A model generated the notes under the pieces. The model saw nothing but the letters and a program-made list of their open reading frames with translations, ran no database searches and was not told where the DNA came from. A stretch of 63,419 bases of DNA, taken from the NCBI GenBank assembly GCA_949398915.1, contig CASLXJ010000001.1:1-63419 (forward strand), given 5' to 3'. Source of the stretch: an uncultured bacterium (GTDB lineage: Bacteria; Bacillota; Clostridia; Christensenellales; UBA1242). The position numbers were made by a program, and so were the translations under genes. Below are positions 9,304-19,317 of this stretch, one piece after another; positions within the stretch are counted from its first letter, which is position 1; the number at the start of each line of letters is the position of its first letter.

Positions 9304-10428
9304 CTATTTCACTTTAAAACCCGAAGTCATTTCAATATACTTTTCTATTGCTTTAGAATTAAACTTATAGACAATGGTTTTCTTACTATCCCCTCTCGCC
9401 TTCGCTTCATTAAACAGGGTCATCAAAAGGTCAGCGAAAGAGGTTTCAAACAGATTAAAAGCAAGTGAGCCAGGAATTGAGTTTATCTCATTTACAAAAA
9501 GCTTTTTACTCTCTTCATCATAAAGAAAGTCAACTCGAACAACGCCATCACATTCCAGTGCTTTATATGAAGCAACAGCCATATCTTTAATAGCTTTTTC
9601 AAGTGCCTTTGATATCACCTTCTGTTCACCTTTTTTATGATTGATATATTTTTCTTCAAAAGTGTAAATCTCACTTTTTACAACTTCACAAACTTTGCTT
9701 GCCACAAGCTTTCCTGAATTTTTTACTACCGCACAGCAAAATTCGCGCACCCCAGAAAGATATTCTTCAACAACCAGCTTATTATCAAACTTAAAAGCAT
9801 CCTCAATTTTGCTCTCAAGCTCTGCCTCATTTGCACAAATGCCAATACCTACACTTGAGCCAAGCCTAGTTGGTTTAACAATGCAAGGATAACCAATAAA
9901 ATCTTCCACATCTTTGATGAATTTTTCCTTTTCATCTTTATAGCTGTCTATGCTTATATGCAAATATGCTGGAGTGTCAATTCCATTTGTCTGCAGAAAG
10001 ACCTTAGTGAAATCTTTATCCATGCACATTGCGCTTGATGAAACCGAACAAGAAGTGTAAGGAATTTCTGCCAGCTCTAATAATCCTTGCAAGCTTCCAT
10101 CTTCACCACCATGACCATGATTGCATAGAAGGGCGCAGTCAAGTTTTATACGAGTTTTCATCTTGTTTCGTTTGCATAAACAAATCTCGCCACTGCCAAT
10201 TGGAACAACAACTTCTTTCAAACCTTTGACATTTTTCGCAAAATTCAGATATGTCGTTGCCTGTTTTAAATTGTCACCAGTCACCATTTTTCCTTCAGGG
10301 GTAATGTAAATTGGAAGCATAAAGCAGCCCTTTGGCGCTGCATTCATAGCCTGCAAAGCAGTAATTATTGATATGTCATGTTCAACACTTTTTCCACCAT
10401 AAAAAACACCTATATATTTCACTATCAA
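9304..10428 (-). CDS. ddl: D-alanine--D-alanine ligase
   Basis: ATP-grasp Ddl pattern: IGVFYGGKSVEHDISI at the N-terminus, GEDGSLQGLLE, and NEINSIPGSL near the C-terminus. Confidence 0.85.
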   Translation of the reverse strand: MIVKYIGVFYGGKSVEHDISIITALQAMNAAPKGCFMLPIYITPEGKMVTGDNLKQATTYLNFAKNVKGLKEVVVPIGSGEICLCKRNKMKTRIKLDCALLCNHGHGGEDGSLQGLLELAEIPYTSCSVSSSAMCMDKDFTKVFLQTNGIDTPAYLHISIDSYKDEKEKFIKDVEDFIGYPCIVKPTRLGSSVGIGICANEAELESKIEDAFKFDNKLVVEEYLSGVREFCCAVVKNSGKLVASKVCEVVKSEIYTFEEKYINHKKGEQKVISKALEKAIKDMAVASYKALECDGVVRVDFLYDEESKKLFVNEINSIPGSLAFNLFETSFADLLMTLFNEAKARGDSKKTIVYKFNSKAIEKYIEMTSGFKVK

Positions 10429-10626
10429 CTCCTTTAATTTAGTGATTTTTCAATAAAATCACGCTTTTTTTGCAAATATATTGTCGAATTGACCATATTT
10501 TGTTAAATTATCTTTTCTTTACCAGCTTTTTTAGTAAAAATTTTATCATTTTGTCTTTTAATTTTTCAAAAAATAAAGCCTGAAAAACCTTTTTAAAGTT
10601 TTCTTTTTTATTGTCAAAATTTAAGT

Positions 10627-12045
10627 TTAATCATAGTTATCTGGCAAATCATTTTCAAAAAGAATTACGCAGCCACTTTCAGTAAGCCCTTCCAAAATCT
10701 CTTTTTGCTTCTTTCGAGTTTCAGCCGTATGTATACGCTTTCTATCAAAACCATGTGATATAGCACCAGATAGAATTTCATTTTTATTTACCTTATTCAT
10801 GATGATAAGCTCATCAGCCACATCAGCAATCATGGCACCAAGTTTAAAGTTAGCCTGAGATTGTTCAGCGCCAAGCTCGACAAGACCGGGTGTGATAACA
10901 ATTTTTTTACCTTCAAATTTTGACAGCACCTCAAGCGCCTCTTGCATTCCTATTATATTTGAATTATAAGAGTCATCAATAATGGTGCAAAAATTATTTT
11001 TCATAAGCTCAAGCCTGTGCTTTGTAGGCTCTAAATCGCAAATTGCATCGGCGATATCACTTTCGCCAACACCCATAATATAAGCCAGAGCAGACGCGGT
11101 AACAATATTGTTTATATTGCATTTTCCGAGAAGCTTAGTTTGAACAGCAAGTCGTTTGCCATTTAATACAAGCTCAAACTTTGAGCCTTCACTAGTGGTT
11201 GAAATATTTTCTGCATAGGCAAAACTATTTGGCAGGTTGGTAATTTCCTTTTTGCCTTCAAATCTTTCAAAAAGCTTTCGACTTGAAAGACTGTCGCCAT
11301 TAAACACCGCAACACCATCGTTTTTTAAGCCTTCGACGAGCTCATATTTTGTGTCCTCAATCGTCTTCAGATTTTTAAAAGTCTCAAGATGTTGCTCACC
11401 AATGGTAGTGATAATCGCATAGTCAGGCTCCACCATTTTTGCCAGCACTTTGATATCTCCTTTGTGCCTTGCCCCCATTTCTGCAATGAAAACATCTTGT
11501 CGTTCGAGATTTTCAAGTATAGTCCTCGAGAGTCCCATTTCTGTGTTGTAATTTTTGGGAGTGGCGCAAACTTTAAATTTCTTTTCTAAGATGGCCTTCA
11601 AAATATTTTTAGTAGAAGTCTTGCCATAGCTTCCTGTAATGCCAATTTTGATTATCATCTTTCTCTTAAGCTTTCTTGCTGCTTTTGAAATAAAATATTT
11701 TCTTATCAAAATTTCAAGTGGCAAAATCAAATAGTGCACAAAAACAATGACAAGCGGCATGCACAGAAAAATCAAAAGAATATCTAAAAGAAGCAGATAT
11801 ATATTGGTGATATAAATATTGATTAAAATAAAAATTCCTGTGCTTATCAAAAAGAGGAGTAATATAAATCTTATCATGCGTTTTGTAAAAACCAGTCGAT
11901 TTTTGTCACCATAGGCAAGCTTCAACTCAATTACGCTTTTCAAAAATGGAAGAGGCTGATAGCCACAAAGTTGATAGGTTTTAATAAATATATACGAGAG
12001 AAGCATGAACAAAATCACACATGCACATATGCTGAAATAAATCAT
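10627..12045 (-). CDS. murF: MurF-like UDP-MurNAc-tripeptide--D-Ala-D-Ala ligase with a polytopic membrane N-terminal extension
   Basis: Mur ligase central and C-terminal domains start at about aa 130 (GITGSYGKTSTK, IIDDSYNSN). The first ~125 aa form several hydrophobic helices instead of the usual soluble N-domain. Confidence 0.7.
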   Translation of the reverse strand: MIYFSICACVILFMLLSYIFIKTYQLCGYQPLPFLKSVIELKLAYGDKNRLVFTKRMIRFILLLFLISTGIFILINIYITNIYLLLLDILLIFLCMPLVIVFVHYLILPLEILIRKYFISKAARKLKRKMIIKIGITGSYGKTSTKNILKAILEKKFKVCATPKNYNTEMGLSRTILENLERQDVFIAEMGARHKGDIKVLAKMVEPDYAIITTIGEQHLETFKNLKTIEDTKYELVEGLKNDGVAVFNGDSLSSRKLFERFEGKKEITNLPNSFAYAENISTTSEGSKFELVLNGKRLAVQTKLLGKCNINNIVTASALAYIMGVGESDIADAICDLEPTKHRLELMKNNFCTIIDDSYNSNIIGMQEALEVLSKFEGKKIVITPGLVELGAEQSQANFKLGAMIADVADELIIMNKVNKNEILSGAISHGFDRKRIHTAETRKKQKEILEGLTESGCVILFENDLPDNYD

Positions 12046-12767
12046 TTTTCCTCCTTTAAAAACTCTTTCATAATAGCGTAAAATTCAAGTCTGCAGTCCA
12101 TAAAAGAGAAATGTCCGCCATCCAAAATTTTCAGCTGGGAATTTTTGATAAGTTTGTTCAGCCGCTTTGCCATGTAAATAGGGGTTTCTTCATCTTGATT
12201 TCCCCAGACAATCAAAGTTTTGATGGACATTTTTCGAGCATAAGCTTCAAGATAGGTGTTTACAATGCTTTTGAAGGTCTCTTTCATACTAGGGGAAAGC
12301 CTTTCATAATCGGCAGAACCTTTCCGTAATTTTTTCATTCCAAGCTTTTTATATAATTTATATTTAACAAGATTAAACTTATATTTTACAGAGCGCCTAG
12401 GCTTCATTCCAGCGCTGTCAACAAGTATGCACGAATGCACAAGTGAGCGTTTGACCGCAGATAAAATAATAGCTATTCTGCCGCCAAAAGAATGCCCAAT
12501 AATGTCAGCACTATATATTTTTAAGTGTTCACATAAAGACATGAGCATTCCAACATATGTATATATGCTCCACCCTTCCGGCTCTTGTAAACTTTCCCCA
12601 AAAGGCGGAAAATCAATCAGCAAAAAAGAGCGCTCTGGGAAAAGCGAGACGACATCTTCAAAATCACGACCGCTTCTTCCCCAGCCGTGCAGAAAAATAA
12701 TAGGTCTTTGAGAGGTGTTTCCCCTCACTTCATAATAGACCCCAACTCCGTTGTAATTGTATATCAT
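12042..12767 (-). CDS. Alpha/beta-fold hydrolase
   Basis: HGWG oxyanion motif and nucleophile elbow GHSFGG. The stop overlaps the murF start (ATGA), suggesting co-transcription. Confidence 0.7.
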   Translation of the reverse strand: MIYNYNGVGVYYEVRGNTSQRPIIFLHGWGRSGRDFEDVVSLFPERSFLLIDFPPFGESLQEPEGWSIYTYVGMLMSLCEHLKIYSADIIGHSFGGRIAIILSAVKRSLVHSCILVDSAGMKPRRSVKYKFNLVKYKLYKKLGMKKLRKGSADYERLSPSMKETFKSIVNTYLEAYARKMSIKTLIVWGNQDEETPIYMAKRLNKLIKNSQLKILDGGHFSFMDCRLEFYAIMKEFLKEEK

Positions 12768-12920
12768 AACCTTTCTTATGAAAATTTTACAAAATTGTTG
12801 AAAAAAATCTAAAAATTAGATAAAAATGCTTCATTTTATTTGGAAGTTAGACAAAAAAAGAGTAAAATATATCTAGGTTTTAAAACCAAAGAAAATATAA
12901 TAGAAGGAAGGTAGAATCAA

Positions 12921-13190
12921 GTGAAAATTACAGATGTTAGAGTAAGACTTAAAGATGAAACAAAATTAAAAGGAATTGTATCAATTACAATTGACGGTTG
13001 CTTTGTTGTACATGATATCAAAGTAATCGACGGCAAAGATGGTCTCTTTATTTCAATGCCAAACAAGAAAACTGCTGATGGCGATCACATTGACATTGCT
13101 CACCCAATCAACACTGAAACTCGCTTAGAACTTAAAAATGTCATCCTTGAAGCATATCAAAAAGCATTGAATGATGCAAAAGCTGAATAA
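12921..13190 (+). CDS. spoVG: Septation/sporulation regulator SpoVG
   Basis: GTG start. [10 protein letters not shown]...[30 protein letters not shown] is the canonical SpoVG sequence. Confidence 0.9.
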   Translation: MKITDVRVRLKDETKLKGIVSITIDGCFVVHDIKVIDGKDGLFISMPNKKTADGDHIDIAHPINTETRLELKNVILEAYQKALNDAKAE

Positions 13191-13344
13191 TAAAAATTTT
13201 TAATCACAGCAAAACCTCAGATTGACTTTACATAGAAACGAAGACAATTCGTCTCCATATATACTTTGCTGACAACTAAAATATTAAATATTCTTGCAAA
13301 AAGCCAAATCATTTTTGACTTACTATCTTTATGACTGCAAAAAA

Positions 13345-13376
13345 AACACCCTAGCTTAACAGGTGTTTTTTATTTT
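13345..13376 (+). terminator. Rho-independent terminator after spoVG
   Basis: Stem aacacc (13345-13350) / ggtgtt (13362-13367) followed by a T-run. Confidence 0.5.
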
Positions 13377-13478
13377 ACAATTTTTGTCTAAACTAATGCT
13401 TTAATTATTATAATAATATTCTATTAAAATAAAGCAAGCGTTAAGCCTAAAAAAGAAGCCGCCTATTTGGCAGCTTTT

Positions 13479-14075
13479 TTAATTCTTCTTATTTTTCTTT
13501 TTATTTTGCAGGTTTGGAGTTTGCACAGAAGACTTATCAACAAATTTTACACCCTTAGCCTTCAAAAATTCAACCACTTCACCCGCTGTTCCTTTCGTCA
13601 TTCCGCGATAATCAAATATGAAGCTCTGTTTTTGATTGATGAAAATAAATAGATGTTCTTTATAAGCAACAAACTTATATAAATCTTTATAAAAAACTTT
13701 TTGTGAGGCAATCTCTTGATAGTCATTTGCTGTAGGAGATGAAGTTGCTTGACTGGTTATAAAAATATGGTCTTCATAAAACTCGAATGTATTTAAATAT
13801 TTTCTATCACCAAGTGTAATTTTATTTTGTTTTTTAAGTGACTCTTTCATAAGATATGGTAAAAGAATAATTCCGCCAATAACGCCACAAATTGCAAGTG
13901 CAAGACCTATAGTGAGGTCAACAAAACACATTCCAACGCCACCGCCAATAAAAATAATTGAAAAAACCAAAGAAGAAATAATCGTATTTTTTTTCAGCAC
14001 AAAATTTTGAAATAACGAAATTTCTTCGTCATCCATTTTGCTGGTATTCTTAAAAATAGCATTTTTTTCTTCCAT
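13479..14075 (-). CDS. Membrane protein, YcxB-like (2 TM helices + C-terminal soluble domain)
   Basis: Two central TM helices. The C-terminal part resembles the YcxB-like fold pattern. The family call is tentative. Confidence 0.4.
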   Translation of the reverse strand: MEEKNAIFKNTSKMDDEEISLFQNFVLKKNTIISSLVFSIIFIGGGVGMCFVDLTIGLALAICGVIGGIILLPYLMKESLKKQNKITLGDRKYLNTFEFYEDHIFITSQATSSPTANDYQEIASQKVFYKDLYKFVAYKEHLFIFINQKQSFIFDYRGMTKGTAGEVVEFLKAKGVKFVDKSSVQTPNLQNKKKNKKN

Positions 14076-14078
14076 AAC

Positions 14079-14903
14079 TCACCTATTCTTAGCCTTTTTG
14101 CAATACAGCTTTCTGACAATAAAATTTATCATTCTCGTCGAAAGCAATCTAGGCAAAAACACAACACATTTATAACTAAACCCCACAGTCTTTCGAAGTG
14201 GAGGTCTTTTCTTAAGCAGCACCTTCCTCACAACTTTGGCGATAGCCTCTGGCGTCATGCCTTTTTGCTCATCTTTTTCCATCTTTGCAATAGAAAGACG
14301 AATATCTGCCTGCTCTTTTTCTGTGCTTGCTTCGTTATCAATCACTCGAGCTGCAGTAAAACCTGTCTTGGCATCACCTGGCAAAATTGCAGTTACCCTC
14401 ACTTTATATGGGTGCAACTCATTCGCAAGTGCTCTTGAAAAAATTTCAATTCCCGCTTTCGTCGCACTATAAGTAGCTTGATAAGGAAGAGGAATAACTC
14501 CACCCACTGACGAAATGTTGACAATTCTTCCCTTTGTCTGTTTAAGATATTTTATCACAATTGTGCATAGTGAAATATAAGCTGACAAATTGGTATTTAC
14601 CTGCCTGTAAATATTTTCAGGTTTTGAATATTCAATAGCACCCGCAATGCCAAAGCCTGCATTATTGACAAAGATGTCAATATGCCCTTCTTCGCTTGCA
14701 ATTTTATCAATAATTTTTTCTACATTTTGATAGTCATTCACATCGGCTTCAAAACTTTCTTTCACGCAATCATGCTTGACTATATGTCTTGAAATATCAT
14801 AAACCTTTGCGCCATCATTATATAAACTTTGAGCTATTGCCAAACCAATTCCACTGCTTGCGCCGGTAATAATCGCAACCTTGCCCTCAAATTTCTTTTT
14901 CAT
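14079..14903 (-). CDS. Short-chain dehydrogenase/reductase (SDR)
   Basis: TGASSGIG cofactor motif, NNAG, and the catalytic YSATK motif. Confidence 0.8.
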   Translation of the reverse strand: MKKKFEGKVAIITGASSGIGLAIAQSLYNDGAKVYDISRHIVKHDCVKESFEADVNDYQNVEKIIDKIASEEGHIDIFVNNAGFGIAGAIEYSKPENIYRQVNTNLSAYISLCTIVIKYLKQTKGRIVNISSVGGVIPLPYQATYSATKAGIEIFSRALANELHPYKVRVTAILPGDAKTGFTAARVIDNEASTEKEQADIRLSIAKMEKDEQKGMTPEAIAKVVRKVLLKKRPPLRKTVGFSYKCVVFLPRLLSTRMINFIVRKLYCKKAKNR

Positions 14904-15023
14904 ATTTTCCCTTTGTTTAGTTGAAAAATTTCATATATTTAACATAAAACAACTAAAAATCATCAAAAAATGATGATTTTTTGCCATTTTAAGCTGATTT
15001 TTAATAATTTATCCAAAAAAGAT

Positions 15024-15893
15024 TTATAAAGCTCTTGTTACAGCAACAGCCAATGCACCACTTCCAATATGACAAGATACACTTAAAGACAGTGGGTCAA
15101 TGCTGATGATATCAACATTTGGAATTGCGTTTTTAATCTCTTGTGCAAAGTCGTTTGCTTTGTCGATGCAGTTTGTGTATGCCACAGCAAGCCTCATTTC
15201 ACCCTTTTCGTAAAGCTCTTTAAAACGAGTTTCAAGATCATGCTTTGCCGCCTCAATCATCTTTAATCTTGCCACTTTTTCATTCATAACTTTTGCATAA
15301 GTATCAAGCTTTCCACCTTGAATTTGAAGCACAGGCTTAATCTTTAAAAGAGTGCCTATCGCAGCAGCAGCTGGCGTAACTCTTCCCCCTCTTTTGAGAT
15401 ATTTAAGAGTGCTGACCATTATGTAAATGCTTGAGTCCATAGATGTCTCAACAAGAATTTTCTCAATTTCTTTTCCATCTTTGCCTTCCGCTGCAAGCTT
15501 TAGCGCGTCATAAACTGACTGCTTTTGTGTAACTGAAATTCTTCTGTTGTTGACAACAAAAACCTTTCCATCATATTCCTTAGCAAAATTTGTTGCCGTT
15601 TCACAAGACATGCTGAGCCCGCTTGACATTGGGATATGAACAACTTGGTCATACTCTTTCAAAAGCTCATCCCAAATCTCAGTGACTGACGCAATAGATG
15701 GTTGTGAAGTTGATATTGAAGCATCTTCATCAAGCAGTTTTTTATAAAACTCTTCCTGAGACAGATTGATATCTTCAAAATATTCTTCTCCTTCAATTGT
15801 AAAAGGCATAGGCAAAACTCTCAAATTTTCAATTGATTCTGCCTCCTTTTGTGTAATACCTGCATTACTGTCAGTGACAATTGCAACCTTCAT
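15024..15893 (-). CDS. DegV-family fatty-acid-binding protein
   Basis: MKVAIVTDSNAGI N-terminus and overall DegV length and pattern. Confidence 0.85.
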   Translation of the reverse strand: MKVAIVTDSNAGITQKEAESIENLRVLPMPFTIEGEEYFEDINLSQEEFYKKLLDEDASISTSQPSIASVTEIWDELLKEYDQVVHIPMSSGLSMSCETATNFAKEYDGKVFVVNNRRISVTQKQSVYDALKLAAEGKDGKEIEKILVETSMDSSIYIMVSTLKYLKRGGRVTPAAAAIGTLLKIKPVLQIQGGKLDTYAKVMNEKVARLKMIEAAKHDLETRFKELYEKGEMRLAVAYTNCIDKANDFAQEIKNAIPNVDIISIDPLSLSVSCHIGSGALAVAVTRAL

Positions 15894-15899
15894 TTTTTA

Positions 15900-17177
15900 T
15901 TATCCTCCTACTTTTTCAAGTTTTTTCTTTTGCCCTTTTTGTTTGGCATTTTTAATTTCTTTCTTATTTTCTTCAAGCATCCTTTTCTTGACAAGCTTCT
16001 TCACCTTTTTAAAGTCTATATCTTGCTCTACCTTTGAATAGTCTGCTTGAGGAAGTGATAACATAAACTCAGCAAGCTCATTTATTGTATTTTTTCTCAA
16101 AGGTGAGATTTTTTCTCTCATGCTTTGAAGAATTTCTGGATTGTCGATCAAATTTAAAACATGCTGCTTCAATTCTTTTTTATTTTTGAATGAAACTGCC
16201 ACTCCCTTTTCTTTCATATAGACAAGATTGTATCTCTCTTGCTCTGGAAGCTTTTCTGTGATGACCATAGGCAAATGTTTGTTTATCATTTCAGTGACAG
16301 AAGTGCCACCAAACTTATTGATGATAAAATCAGCAGCCGACATATAATAAGGCACCTTGTTTGTAAATCCGACATTGACAACCTTAATTCCGTCCTCAAA
16401 TTTCATCTTCTCAATCTTATCAAAGCCCTTCTTATTTTTGCCGTTAATCATTATGACTTGCACTTTTCTGCCCTTTAAGCAGTCAATCAAATCTTTAAAA
16501 ATCTTAAAACCGCCGCTCCAGAAGCCACCCCCAAACATAACCATAATTGTTGGAAGATTCTCATCAAGCCCAAGCTCTCGTCTTGCAGCAGCCTTGTCCA
16601 CTTCCAAAAGCGTTCTCTCATCCACAGGAAGACCAATAGGCATAAGCTGACCTCTGCTGAAACCTTCTTCGATGCACTCTTCAATAAAATCTTCATTTGG
16701 AATAGCGAAATAATCAACGCCAATAGTCGCCTCCCAGAAAGGAGAGTTGACATAATCAAGATTTGAAACAATCACCTTGCAAGGAATGTCATAGTAAAGC
16801 CTAAGATTGCTGATAGCCATAGCTGGATAAAAATGTGTGCAGTAAATTACATCAGGCTTAAACTCAAGAATTTCCCTCAAAACGCCTTCAATAGTAGACA
16901 TAACAGTGCCCTGGGCAGCACAGGTATATCTATGCTCTGGCTTGCTTTTTTTATAATGATTATAAAAATAATTATAAGATATTGGCATTTTGCTTACTGC
17001 AAAGTTATAGCCGCCGTCAGCCACCCAAGTATTCAATGCAGTTGAATAGCTCTTCAACAGGTCAACAAGTTTGACCTCTATATCCTGCCCCATGCTTTCA
17101 AGCTTGTTTTTCATTCCTTTGGCACAGGCATTATGACCATTACCTGCGGTAACAGTAAAAATCAATATTTTTTTCAT
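15900..17177 (-). CDS. Glycolipid glycosyltransferase (MGDG-synthase/UgtP-like, GT28) with a Lys-rich tail
   Basis: ILIFTVTAGNGHNACAKG N-terminus typical of the MGDG synthase family. GT-B C-terminal domain. C-terminal KK-rich extension. Confidence 0.7.
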   Translation of the reverse strand: MKKILIFTVTAGNGHNACAKGMKNKLESMGQDIEVKLVDLLKSYSTALNTWVADGGYNFAVSKMPISYNYFYNHYKKSKPEHRYTCAAQGTVMSTIEGVLREILEFKPDVIYCTHFYPAMAISNLRLYYDIPCKVIVSNLDYVNSPFWEATIGVDYFAIPNEDFIEECIEEGFSRGQLMPIGLPVDERTLLEVDKAAARRELGLDENLPTIMVMFGGGFWSGGFKIFKDLIDCLKGRKVQVIMINGKNKKGFDKIEKMKFEDGIKVVNVGFTNKVPYYMSAADFIINKFGGTSVTEMINKHLPMVITEKLPEQERYNLVYMKEKGVAVSFKNKKELKQHVLNLIDNPEILQSMREKISPLRKNTINELAEFMLSLPQADYSKVEQDIDFKKVKKLVKKRMLEENKKEIKNAKQKGQKKKLEKVGG

Positions 17178-17565
17178 AATTCCCCTTCTTTTTTTAAATA
17201 TAAATTTTCAATCATTGCCAATTCCAGATTGTTTTCTCGCAAAAAAGCAAAGATTGTAAACATCTTACAAAAAATTTTACCCTTTATTTTAGAGGGTTTC
17301 ACAAATATTCTATCACATAGAATTTTAAATTGCAATAAAATCAATATAAAAAAATTTATAATATAATGTGAAAATGTTATGAAAAAACGAAAATAATTGC
17401 TATAATTTAGTTTGTAATGGTGAAAATATATATTGAATTTTATTCATGATAGAATTTTTTAAAATATTTCAATTTTACTTATCAAAATTAAAAACAGCAA
17501 AATTTAATGCTAAAAAATGGCTATATCCCTTATAAATAAAGGGCTTCAGCCATCAAGGAGGAGCT

Positions 17566-19059
17566 ATGAACGAAAAAGAAGGCAAAATAGGATTTGACAG
17601 CGATTTATACCTTAAAAACCAAACAGAACGCATACTTGAGCGTATTGAAAGGTTTGACAACAAACTTTACCTAGAATTTGGTGGAAAACTCTTTGATGAC
17701 TTGCATGCCTGCAGAGTTTTGCCAGGTTTTGAGCCAGATATTAAGACAAAACTTCTCTTATCACTTAAAGAGCAAGCGGAAATTGTTATATGTATTTCGG
17801 CAGGCGACATTGAAAGAAACAGAATACGCGCCGACCTTGGACTTAGTTATGACAACGAAGTTTTGCGACTAATTGACGCCCTCAGAGCCTTAGGCCTGTT
17901 TGTTTCAAGCGTTGTAATCACCCTTTTCAAAGGCCAGCCAAGCGCTGTTAAGTTTGGTCAAAAGCTTGAAAGACATGGCGAAAAGGTTTATTTTCATAGT
18001 TATACAAAAGGCTATCCAAGCGATGTCGACACAATCGTTTCTGACGAAGGCTATGGCATGAATTCTTACATTGAAACCTCTCGCCCACTGGTCATAGTTA
18101 CCGCTCCAGGCCCTTCAAGTGGAAAACTTGCCACCTGCCTCAGCCAACTTTATCATGACTATAAACGAGGCATTAAGGCTGGCTATGCAAAGTTTGAGAC
18201 CTTCCCTGTCTGGAATTTGCCACTTAAGCATCCTGTAAATATTGCCTATGAGGCAGCCACAGCCGACCTTAAAGACATAAATCAAATTGACCCTTACCAT
18301 TTCAATGAATATGGCGAGCTTACAGTAAACTACAATCGTGATATTGAAGTATTTCCAGTGCTTAAAAACATATTAAAAAAGATTACTGGACAAAGCATTT
18401 ACAAGTCTCCAACTGACATGGGTGTAAACATGGTTGCAAGCGCAATCGTTGATGAAGCCGTAATTGCAGACGCTGCAAAAAGAGAAGTTGTAAGACGCTG
18501 CTTCCGTGCTGAATGTGACTATAAACGCGGCCAAATCAATTTCGACACCCTAGAACGCACTCGCTGCCTCATGTCTGAACTTGACATTAAAGAAGATTAT
18601 CTTGATGTAGTGCCAATTGCTAAAAGTGCCAGCAAAAACAGCGGCTATCCATGTATCGCTTTAAAACTTACTGACGGCCACACTGTAATAGGCAAAAACA
18701 AAAAAGTTGTATCAGCTGGTGCAGCTGCCGTGTTAAATGCACTTAGAGTGCTTGCAAATTTAGACGACTGTTTTGATATAATCGCGGATGAAATCTTAAT
18801 GCCGATAATATGGCTGCGAAAAGACCTTCTTCACACATCCAGCCAAGTTTTGTCACTTGATGACGCCCTTGTTGCTCTCGCGATATCAGCAAGCACAAAC
18901 GAAAAGGCGAAGAAGGCAATGTCAAAACTCGAACTTCTCAAAGGCGCAGAAGCACATGCAACATTTATTCTTTCCCAAGCGGAAGAATTGACACTGAAAA
19001 AACTTGGCATAAATGTAACATGCGAGCCAATCTTCTTAAACAACAACCTCTTTGAATAA
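17566..19059 (+). CDS. UPF0371/DUF1846 family protein
   Basis: RBS AAGGAGG. FDSDLYLKNQTERILERI...LYLEFGGKLFDDLHACRVLPGF is the conserved DUF1846 N-terminus. About 497 aa, as typical for the family. Confidence 0.8.
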   Translation: MNEKEGKIGFDSDLYLKNQTERILERIERFDNKLYLEFGGKLFDDLHACRVLPGFEPDIKTKLLLSLKEQAEIVICISAGDIERNRIRADLGLSYDNEVLRLIDALRALGLFVSSVVITLFKGQPSAVKFGQKLERHGEKVYFHSYTKGYPSDVDTIVSDEGYGMNSYIETSRPLVIVTAPGPSSGKLATCLSQLYHDYKRGIKAGYAKFETFPVWNLPLKHPVNIAYEAATADLKDINQIDPYHFNEYGELTVNYNRDIEVFPVLKNILKKITGQSIYKSPTDMGVNMVASAIVDEAVIADAAKREVVRRCFRAECDYKRGQINFDTLERTRCLMSELDIKEDYLDVVPIAKSASKNSGYPCIALKLTDGHTVIGKNKKVVSAGAAAVLNALRVLANLDDCFDIIADEILMPIIWLRKDLLHTSSQVLSLDDALVALAISASTNEKAKKAMSKLELLKGAEAHATFILSQAEELTLKKLGINVTCEPIFLNNNLFE

Positions 19060-19225
19060 GTTGGAAATATGATTAAAAAATAAAAAAAATTTTAAACCAA
19101 ATAAAAAATAATAACTTGTTTTCAAAATTGTTTTAAGCCAAATCTTAAACTAAAGATTATATCAAAATTAAAAATATAATCAAATTTCAAAAAATTTTAA
19201 ACTAAATTTTTATCGCAAAACGACA

Positions 19226-19257
19226 AAAAAGACTGCCAATGGCAGCCTTTTTTTATT
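19226..19257. terminator. Putative bidirectional terminator between convergent genes
   Basis: Short stem ctgcc (19233-19237) / ggcag (19241-19245), flanked by an A-run upstream and a T7 run downstream. Confidence 0.45.
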
Positions 19258-19317
19258 ATTGAATGCAAAATTTAAAAATAGCACAGTTGTTTTAAATGTC
19301 AAAATTATCTTAAATCT

